DNA from: a virus | Lineage: Duplodnaviria > Caudoviricetes | IMG/VR virus record: IMGVR_UViG_3300042567_000475 | Coordinates: 1 to 61,489 of that record | Strand: one strand, 5' to 3' | DNA: 61,489 bases | Shown: positions 54,692 to 61,489 of the stretch, in pieces | Layout of the letters: each line of letters starts with the position of its first letter | Position numbering within the stretch: position 1 is the first letter of the stretch | Notes under the pieces: model-generated | What the model was told of the DNA's origin: nothing | What the model saw: the letters and a program-made list of their open reading frames with translations, nothing else | Databases searched by the model: none | Translations under genes and position numbers: made by a program

Positions 54692-56059
54692 TTACCGATA
54701 TAAGTCGGCGGAATTGAGGAAACGACCGCCCCACATCGATTTACTTATTTTTTCTCCCTGTACGATCCCGCCAAGATCGCCAGACTTGCGAACAGCCGTG
54801 TCTTCCTCTATCGCGGATACACGCTGTCCAAACTCTTCAACATTGCCTTTAACAACCTTTACCTCTTGTGAAACGTTATTAACTGAGCCAGTAAGTTCCC
54901 CTACCTTATCTGCAATGCTTTTTACTGCTGCTGCTAGATCTGCTACTGCAACAACTACTGAATCCTTGATTTCATCTACAGATTTCGCCAAGTCTTCATC
55001 GCTGTCTGCAGGAGTTGTGGATGTCTCTACAGCTTCTTCTACAGCTTCCTCGTCAGCAGACTTTTCAACAATCTCTTCGACTGCCTCTTCTACTGCTGCT
55101 TCTTCAATAACTTCTTCAATTGCCTCTTCAACTGCTTCTTCAATCTCTTCGACTTCTTCGGCGAGTTCTTCTGCAACTTCTTCAGCTACTTCTTCAGACT
55201 TTGTTACTAAGTCTTCTGCTGGATCTGTACTCTTATTTCTATTTAGAATTCCCACATTAATCCCCTCCTTTTCATTGTTGTCAGCAATTGACTTGGCTAC
55301 TTCGTCAACCGCCATTGTTATATCAGATTGTTCATCTGAAACTTTTACAGTATAGCTCTTTATAAGATTTCCGATTGTTTCTGCTTTAGAAGTATCGCTG
55401 CTTTCTACAAAACCAATATTTGTCATGTGTCTATCGCAGCTTGGGCAAGAATATTGTGACTTCTCGCTAATAATAACCATTTCGCTTGAGTTGCACCAGT
55501 AAACATTCTCTAGGTAGTTTTTCTCAAGGATGTCTGCTCCGTTAAACTTTTGTACAGAAACAACGTTTGAGTCAGGGTTCGCTGGATTATCAACAAGTGA
55601 AAGCTCAAAAAGATCATAATCTTTAATCATTCTAATTGGATTATCCATTCCTTTAGTATAAATATCTTCTGTATCATTAATTTTTCCGCCAATAGAAAAT
55701 CCTGTAAGAATTCTTTCTGTTACCTTGTGCCAGGTATCTTGAGCACCTTTGGATACATATACATCAACAAAGATGCCATTATGAATTTCTCCGCTTTCTT
55801 TGTCAAAGTATTTATCTCTTTTAAAAGAAACTACTTTTCCTACTGCTAGGGGTGTGTGTTGCTCTCTTACATTACCCCTAAAACTGTCAAAAGCTTTTTC
55901 TGAGGCTTCAATAGAAACAATGTCTCCCTGCTTGTCAACAACATCTGTTGTCGCCCAACCAGAAACAATTCTTTTTTCTGCGTCTATCTTTTGGATAGGC
56001 ATAAGAATTGAAATGTTTTCGCCGCTTGTATTCCAAAAGGCTTTTTCTAATGAATTCAT
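54692..56059 (-). CDS. Prohead protease fused to zinc ribbon and acidic scaffold
   Basis: GWAT...DKQGD...REQH...GKV...GFSIGG...ELSLVDNPANP; CPSC; Glu/Ala-rich C-half. Confidence 0.88.
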   Translation of the reverse strand: MNSLEKAFWNTSGENISILMPIQKIDAEKRIVSGWATTDVVDKQGDIVSIEASEKAFDSFRGNVREQHTPLAVGKVVSFKRDKYFDKESGEIHNGIFVDVYVSKGAQDTWHKVTERILTGFSIGGKINDTEDIYTKGMDNPIRMIKDYDLFELSLVDNPANPDSNVVSVQKFNGADILEKNYLENVYWCNSSEMVIISEKSQYSCPSCDRHMTNIGFVESSDTSKAETIGNLIKSYTVKVSDEQSDITMAVDEVAKSIADNNEKEGINVGILNRNKSTDPAEDLVTKSEEVAEEVAEELAEEVEEIEEAVEEAIEEVIEEAAVEEAVEEIVEKSADEEAVEEAVETSTTPADSDEDLAKSVDEIKDSVVVAVADLAAAVKSIADKVGELTGSVNNVSQEVKVVKGNVEEFGQRVSAIEEDTAVRKSGDLGGIVQGEKISKSMWGGRFLNSADLYR

Positions 56060-56110
56060 CTTGTCACCATTGTATCGTTATAATTTAGTAATTTTATCAC
56101 ATTTTATATA

Positions 56111-57664
56111 TTATTGCGTTGTACGACCTTCTCCACCAGCATTTCTTCCTGTTGGAGAATTTGGACCATCTGTTGCATTATTTTGTCTTTCTGTGTCGCG
56201 TGATCTTTGGGTAGTATTCTCTGCTCTTTGCTGAGCAGTTAATTGAAGTGGATCTTGTCCACCCTGTCTCATTGGCAATCCAAGCCTCATTCTAACTTCA
56301 TTTGGAACAACAACCTGGGCCTTAAGATATCTTTCATCAATCTGACTCTGTGTATTTTCATCTGTAAGAGTAAGTTCGTTTAGTTTAAGATCAAACATAT
56401 CTGTTTTTTCTTTTACAATTTTATTAAGAACCTTCTCCAACATTCTTTGGGCTGGCCTTGATACCTGTTCTTTAAATGTTCTATCATTTGCTAGTGCCGC
56501 CGCAATAGACATTCCTTGTCCACCACCAACTTTTGAAATAGGAACCTGATGAGACATTAAGATATCATTTGTATTTGATACATGATACTTTTGGAAAGAT
56601 CCGTCCTGAATACCATTTTCAATTGGCTCCATTTTAAACTCAACTTTATTATCAGGTGAGTCTGCAGGAAGTGGTAGGAAAAGAGTTCTATGATTCTGTC
56701 CACGCAATCCAGACTGCATGAACCTAAATAGTTTTTCCTCTGACTCTGCACTAAGTCTTGCTCCCTTGAGGGTAACAATATAACGAGGAACTGCTTTATT
56801 CTCAAAGTAATCAATGTTATATCTGCTAGCTAATTGATCTCCAACAATAGCCATTGATGATGATAAAGCGTCTGGGATACCATAGTAGCTATTTCTAGGT
56901 GTGTACTTCTTAAAATGAATAAGCTCGTTTGGTCTTGGATCATTGGTAATATTGTTTGGAGTTTTTTTGTCTTGAAAGTTTTTAAAGAATACTGTTTTTT
57001 GATTAACTATTTGAACGTATCCATCTCTTAATCTACGAACACGGATTGTTGTCGCAGGAATATGTCCAAGGTAACCAATTTCTCCAGTTACAGTTCTACC
57101 AACTTCCATGTAACCATTCCCTGTTGCTTCATAGTCTGTCCAAACTTTTTCTAAAACATGGGTAAAGGTATCTTCATCATTGCGAGATTCAAGCCAGTCC
57201 ATTAAATCTTTTTTAGCACGCTCAATTTTTCTATGCGCTCTTCGCAACTGATCATCTGTGTCTGCATCTTCAAGTCTATCCATTACAGCTTCTGTAATGT
57301 CAAAGCCGTATCCAAGTCCTACAATATTTGCTACCTTGGCATTGATTGATGAGTGGTTTGCAAAAGAGCTATCAAAAAATGTAGCTAACTCGTCAAGGTT
57401 ATAGGGTGGAATAACAACATCAAAAAGTCCATACGCTGTTGTAATATCTTGTAAAGGAAGTAACTGCTTTGATTTTGTATCTTGTTCGCCTGTCCAAACT
57501 TTGGTCATTCTTGATACACGGCGTTTAAAGTTTGCATCTAAACCATCATACTTTTTTACTTGATCAACTTCTGCATTGAATTCGTCATAAGACTCTTTCT
57601 TCGTAGAACTCTTATCTAGATTGTCAATCTTTGCACGGTACTCTATTTCATTATCCATTGCCAT
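56111..57664 (-). CDS. Portal protein
   Basis: TGNGYMEV.R, IPATTIR, ELIHFK, YYGIPD, YFEN.AVP, NEVR..LGL. Confidence 0.92.
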   Translation of the reverse strand: MAMDNEIEYRAKIDNLDKSSTKKESYDEFNAEVDQVKKYDGLDANFKRRVSRMTKVWTGEQDTKSKQLLPLQDITTAYGLFDVVIPPYNLDELATFFDSSFANHSSINAKVANIVGLGYGFDITEAVMDRLEDADTDDQLRRAHRKIERAKKDLMDWLESRNDEDTFTHVLEKVWTDYEATGNGYMEVGRTVTGEIGYLGHIPATTIRVRRLRDGYVQIVNQKTVFFKNFQDKKTPNNITNDPRPNELIHFKKYTPRNSYYGIPDALSSSMAIVGDQLASRYNIDYFENKAVPRYIVTLKGARLSAESEEKLFRFMQSGLRGQNHRTLFLPLPADSPDNKVEFKMEPIENGIQDGSFQKYHVSNTNDILMSHQVPISKVGGGQGMSIAAALANDRTFKEQVSRPAQRMLEKVLNKIVKEKTDMFDLKLNELTLTDENTQSQIDERYLKAQVVVPNEVRMRLGLPMRQGGQDPLQLTAQQRAENTTQRSRDTERQNNATDGPNSPTGRNAGGEGRTTQ

Positions 57665-57998
57665 ACCTCTTAATTCCCTTTGATGCATCCATCCAAGCTC
57701 CAATATCGGTTTCAGAAGGGATTAGTCCATCCTTCATTCTATCGAGCTGTTCTGAATGCTCTTCATCTGTAAGTCTTCTTTGTCCTGCGCGAAAGACGGC
57801 TTCTCCTTCTGGAAAACCGTAGTACGCTGCTGCTTTTCTAATTTTAGACATTGCCTCAATATCCCCACGACGAGATGGAATATTCATAGTGTTTCCTTCT
57901 CCATCTGTCACAATCTTTCCTTCAGGTGTTTGCCAGACGTAGATTCCGTCGTTGCCTTGTTTTTCTATGACAGTTATTTTGGGTTTTGGCATGTTCAT
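57651..57998 (-). CDS. Conserved hypothetical protein upstream of portal, probably leaderless
   Basis: ATG 7 nt after TGGTACAAT (58006-58014). Confidence 0.7.
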   Translation of the reverse strand: MNMPKPKITVIEKQGNDGIYVWQTPEGKIVTDGEGNTMNIPSRRGDIEAMSKIRKAAAYYGFPEGEAVFRAGQRRLTDEEHSEQLDRMKDGLIPSETDIGAWMDASKGIKRYGNG

Positions 57999-58037
57999 GA
58001 CAACCATTGTACCATAATTTGCCTGACTTACTTAATT

Positions 58038-59987
58038 TTAGGCAACTGCTGAGCCGAAATCAACTATCTCGCAAACCCCCGCCGTACAACTTAGCTCTTG
58101 ACTACCAGTAGTTGTATCAACTGTTTCATAAAGACTAAGAACTGACCAATCAATTGTTGTTGGCATCTCACTTAAAGACTTCTCATATTCTTCTTTTGTT
58201 ATTTCTTGATATGGAGCCTGCTTGTATGTATGCTCTGAAGATGGTAAGAATGAAACTCCTCCAACACTATCAAAGTTATCGTATACCCATGACCCAACTC
58301 TTAGCCACTCATCCTCACGAACATTAATTGTTACTGAAGGATTATGTTCTGTCCAGTGCTTACGATATGTTTTCCACATTTCAAGATGATCAATTGCAGT
58401 AAGATCTTTAGTGAGTACTGAATTTTTTGGAGCCTTAATTGGAAAATAAAAAACGGTAGTATCTTCTGGCTTCATTACATCTGGTTCATTTGGAATACCA
58501 GCATCTTTAAGAAATGATGTTAGTGGATCTTTATTATCTCCACGAACTGATCGCAAGTAGTATTCTGAGTACCAAGGATGAATGCCAGAGGATACCCCAG
58601 TCAACTGAGAAACTGTTCCAGAAGGCTTAACGCATGTAATAGATAGGGATGGATTGATTCCAAGCTTCTCTGCTTCTTGGCTATTAGTCAAAACAGATTC
58701 TTCTCTTAGTGAATCCAAGATTCCTGGAAGATCTTTGTTATTTGTTGACGTAATTTTATTTCCATATATTCCTGTCAAAGATACTCCAAGAAGCCTTTCT
58801 TCTTCGCAGTTATCCTTCCATGTCTTTCTAATGTATTTAAAGTTTGTCAATGTTGATTGCCATGTTCCAAGGATTGTTGCTAAACGAACTTTTTCAGCTA
58901 AATCCTCTACCTTGTCATCTGCTTCAATAACTACCTCAGTTAAATTGCAAAACTCATTTGGACGCAGAAGAATTTCTCCACATGGATTTGTACCCATTAC
59001 CTTTGATGAGTCACGGCGACCAAACTTGTCAACGTGCTTGCGAACACTCTCTATGTTATAGATTCCACGTTCACCAGATTTTGACTCGTATAGGTTTCTC
59101 CACTCTCTTAAAAATTGAGCGGTATTTGGTTTAATATTATAAACCGCTGAGTTATTAGCTAATGCACGCTGACCGTTATCTTCCCACCACTGTCCTGACT
59201 TTGCTTTAGCCATTTCAAAATCATCAAGATTAGAAAGAGAGATTAGTGCAGAACGTCGTACTCCTCCAACAACTACAACCTCTCCAATCTTACACATTAG
59301 GTCATGCGCCTCAATTGATTTAATTCTTCTTCCAGCAGAGTTGCGGAAAATATCAATAGTAAATCTAAATAGAGAATCAAGTGGATCTGGGCCAGATGCT
59401 CTTCCACCAAAAGTCTTTAGGCGTGCTCCTGCTGGCCTAACTTTAGTTAGATCCCACTTTGGAATTTGTCCTTGATAAAGAAGTGCAATAAGTTCTTTGT
59501 ATGATTTTGCCCATCCTAATTTTGAATCATCTACTACAATAACTGTGTCTGTCTTGTAGAGTTCTTCTGCAACAACGGGAAGTAGGCTCATGTATTTTTG
59601 TTCAACAGAGAATCCAACTCCAGTACCGTTCATTAAAATATACATTGCTTCATCAAAGGCTCTAGGACTATCCACTGCAATAAATGAGCAGTTGTAAGCT
59701 GCAATATGGTCTCTGTCAAGAGCTGGTCCTGCGGTCATCAAAGCACGCATAGAAGGCATGATCTTATGATTAATAACTGCATTACGAATCTCTTCAAAAG
59801 TCTTGTCGTTTTCGCTGTAACCATGGTTTGTTACCAAATGGTTTTTCATGAAAGACATGTAACGATCTACTGTCTCTACCCAAGTCTCTCTTCTGTTCTC
59901 TGATTCAATCCAGCGAGCGTATCTGCTGATGTGGATAAAGTTTCTGTAAAAGTCTTTGATAGACCCGTGATCGTTAATAAGTGACAA
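58038..59987 (-). CDS. nrdJ: Class II (adenosylcobalamin) ribonucleotide reductase
   Basis: PSMRALM, YNCSF, GGVRRSA, TNPCGEI, TCVKPSGTVSQL, C-terminal CTAGVC. Confidence 0.93.
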   Translation of the reverse strand: MSLINDHGSIKDFYRNFIHISRYARWIESENRRETWVETVDRYMSFMKNHLVTNHGYSENDKTFEEIRNAVINHKIMPSMRALMTAGPALDRDHIAAYNCSFIAVDSPRAFDEAMYILMNGTGVGFSVEQKYMSLLPVVAEELYKTDTVIVVDDSKLGWAKSYKELIALLYQGQIPKWDLTKVRPAGARLKTFGGRASGPDPLDSLFRFTIDIFRNSAGRRIKSIEAHDLMCKIGEVVVVGGVRRSALISLSNLDDFEMAKAKSGQWWEDNGQRALANNSAVYNIKPNTAQFLREWRNLYESKSGERGIYNIESVRKHVDKFGRRDSSKVMGTNPCGEILLRPNEFCNLTEVVIEADDKVEDLAEKVRLATILGTWQSTLTNFKYIRKTWKDNCEEERLLGVSLTGIYGNKITSTNNKDLPGILDSLREESVLTNSQEAEKLGINPSLSITCVKPSGTVSQLTGVSSGIHPWYSEYYLRSVRGDNKDPLTSFLKDAGIPNEPDVMKPEDTTVFYFPIKAPKNSVLTKDLTAIDHLEMWKTYRKHWTEHNPSVTINVREDEWLRVGSWVYDNFDSVGGVSFLPSSEHTYKQAPYQEITKEEYEKSLSEMPTTIDWSVLSLYETVDTTTGSQELSCTAGVCEIVDFGSAVA

Positions 59988-60025
59988 TTAAAAACACTTC
60001 CTCTGTTAGAATTATATGTAAGGTC

Positions 60026-60054
60026 AATTCTACCAGACAAAGACAAAGGAGTCA
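60026..60054 (-). promoter_or_regulatory. Promoter for nrdJ
   Basis: TTGACT-17 nt-TAGAAT with TG extension; overlaps the RBS of the divergent gene. Confidence 0.7.
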
Positions 60055-60056
60055 AA

Positions 60057-60272
60057 ATGAAGTTAACAGTCAAAGACATTCACACATATAACAATTTGGT
60101 AAGGAGGGGCAAGGCAACGCCTCTTGGAAATGCTAGTCAAATTTTAATTCCAAGGGAACTTGATAATGAAGAAGTTGTGCTGTATGATATTGCCAGTGGA
60201 GATGTAATTCACCCAGGGACTAATATGATAGAAAATATTAAGTCAGTTATTGACAAAGCACTATCTAGTTGA
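60057..60272 (+). CDS. Small hypothetical protein, divergent from nrdJ
   Basis: AAGGAG RBS, 71 aa. Confidence 0.7.
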   Translation: MKLTVKDIHTYNNLVRRGKATPLGNASQILIPRELDNEEVVLYDIASGDVIHPGTNMIENIKSVIDKALSS

Positions 60273-60395
60273 TACCATAACAGGGTGGAGGGAGGGAATA
60301 GATCTAATCTATAAACAAAATAGATAGGTTTTTCCCCTAAGAATAGAACATAAAGGACCACAAACTTGACAATTCATACCTTTTGATGTTATGCT
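60250..60395 (+). promoter_or_regulatory. Two tandem sigma70-type promoters
   Basis: TTGACA-17-TACCAT at 60250 and TTGACA-18-TATGCT at 60366. Confidence 0.7.
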
Positions 60396-60431
60396 AGATA
60401 GGTTGTTGCCGCCGCACAAGGAGGAAAACAG

Positions 60432-60962
60432 ATGAAAACAAAACTGCTAGGAGGTGTATTAGTTATGACGATGGTTCTTTCTGGATCTACAAACTTGGCT
60501 AATGCTACCAACGAACAGGTGTATGCTAAGTCTGCACCGAGCACGGCGGAGGCTATTCAGCCTGTCGTAAAAGTTACAAAGGTTGAAAAGCCAAAGAATA
60601 AGATATGTAAGAACTGGTTGGTGAAACATCTTCACAAACATGGATTCCGTGGCGAAAACTTACGCGAAGCGTGGGCAATTGTTATGAGAGAATCTGGTGG
60701 AAATGAAAAGACAATTTCATCAACCAATGATTATGGAATGTTCCAGTTTAACCACTATGCACATAAAGACGCATCGTGGTGGGACTCAAAGAAATTGCTT
60801 ACAAGAGATTACAATACTCAAATCGCATATAAGAAATCCAAAGGTGGAAAGACATGGTATATGTGGGATATTGATGGTCATGGTAAATGGAAGGCAGAGT
60901 GGTCACCTCGCTCTATCTATGAAAGATATGTAAGCTGGTACAACAAGTACCCATGCAAATAA
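60432..60962 (+). CDS. Secreted lytic transglycosylase (SLT/Rpf-like lysozyme fold)
   Basis: Signal peptide ending ANA; AWAIVMRESGGN...DYGMFQFN; AAGGAGG RBS. Confidence 0.85.
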   Translation: MKTKLLGGVLVMTMVLSGSTNLANATNEQVYAKSAPSTAEAIQPVVKVTKVEKPKNKICKNWLVKHLHKHGFRGENLREAWAIVMRESGGNEKTISSTNDYGMFQFNHYAHKDASWWDSKKLLTRDYNTQIAYKKSKGGKTWYMWDIDGHGKWKAEWSPRSIYERYVSWYNKYPCK

Positions 60963-60974
60963 AATAAAATAGTT

Positions 60975-61042
60975 AAACCCCCTATCGGAAAACAACCAAA
61001 GAAAATAATTTGGTGGCAATGACAATTCGGTAGGGGGTTTTT
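60975..61042. terminator. Long, possibly bidirectional stem-loop between convergent genes
   Basis: AAACCCCCTATCG...CGGTAGGGGGTTT with inner ACCAAA/TTTGGT stem. Confidence 0.7.
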
Positions 61043-61043
61043 A

Positions 61044-61489
61044 CTATAGGTCTCTGATTTGATGCATTACTTCATTCCAGTCTTTACCGCGAACTTCCAT
61101 AGACTGATACTTTTTAATATTTTCCATATTTCTCTCAACGTCTTCTTTACGAACCTTTGGGTCTAGAAGCTCTTCTAAGTGGCCTATCCACTCTCTTTCA
61201 TTGTTTGCTACTCTTCCAATACCCTGCTCTTCTAAAATGGCGTACTCAGGGCTGTAAGAGGCAACCCATGGCACACCAGCAGCACTATACTCAAGCCCCT
61301 TGATTCCAGACTTTGCATAATTAAATCTTACATTGTTAAGAGGAACAAGACCAATATCAATTTTTCTAAAAAGTTCTGGGTAATAGTGAATTGGCTTCAT
61401 TGGCTCTTTTGTTGTTTTTACTGATTTTGGTATTCCAAGTTGATTAGAAGCCACAGGAGCATTAATAACATTTCCAGAATGATGAAAGG
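61044..61489 (-). CDS. GT-B (family 4-like) glycosyltransferase, 5' truncated
   Basis: DIGLVPL...FN.AKS.IK.LEY.AAGVP.VAS. Confidence 0.85.
   Translation of the reverse strand, partial: FHHSGNVINAPVASNQLGIPKSVKTTKEPMKPIHYYPELFRKIDIGLVPLNNVRFNYAKSGIKGLEYSAAGVPWVASYSPEYAILEEQGIGRVANNEREWIGHLEELLDPKVRKEDVERNMENIKKYQSMEVRGKDWNEVMHQIRDL

Noticed and set aside
54714-55355. 213-aa Ser/Thr-rich plus-strand ORF
   Set aside because: Antisense shadow of the Glu/Ala-rich scaffold; other plus-strand track ORFs inside minus-strand genes were rejected likewise
60396-60431. c-di-AMP (ydaO) riboswitch before the transglycosylase
   Set aside because: Leader is only about 30 nt and lacks the GCCGAAUC core and multi-stem structure
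1-61489. tRNA, rRNA, integrase or transposase genes
   Set aside because: None recognised; intergenic gaps are short and explained by promoters or terminators (tRNAscan would confirm)

Overview
Part of the genome of a large, AT-rich tailed dsDNA phage, siphovirus-type (long tape measure, major tail protein, frameshifted tail chaperones). A WhiB gene and many leaderless promoters point to an actinobacterial host; the low GC would fit a streamlined freshwater lineage (inference). Almost all genes are on the minus strand. In transcription order (right to left): class II ribonucleotide reductase; portal, prohead protease/scaffold, major capsid, neck, major tail, tail chaperones with a -1 slippery site, a 3453-aa tape measure protein (TMP) and tail-tip genes; a replication/recombination block (DnaB, primase, SSB, DnaE, MazG-like, RecA, PD-(D/E)XK and Cas4-like nucleases, RuvC); terminase; IMPDH/GMP reductase; two probable head-cargo genes; deaminase, WhiB and a second SSB; a six-gene glycosyl/methyl-transferase cluster; Endo VII, HNH, DenV-like glycosylase and many tiny ORFs. 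The most striking feature is inside the TMP: a cassette of about 900 aa, bracketed by two copies of a TVPAVLTPGEFV module and split by N-x-G-G linkers, holds two paralogous His-Me-finger-nuclease-like domains and an R-S-E ADP-ribosyltransferase-like domain. This suggests a TMP polyprotein that delivers swappable effectors at injection. Other leads: a K-A/K-S punctuated head-cargo polyprotein, an HNH/DenV pair separated by one in-frame TAG with an ATT start, and apparent absence of CCGG. No tRNA, rRNA, CRISPR array, integrase or intein was recognised. All domain calls are by-eye motif recognition, not database searches.
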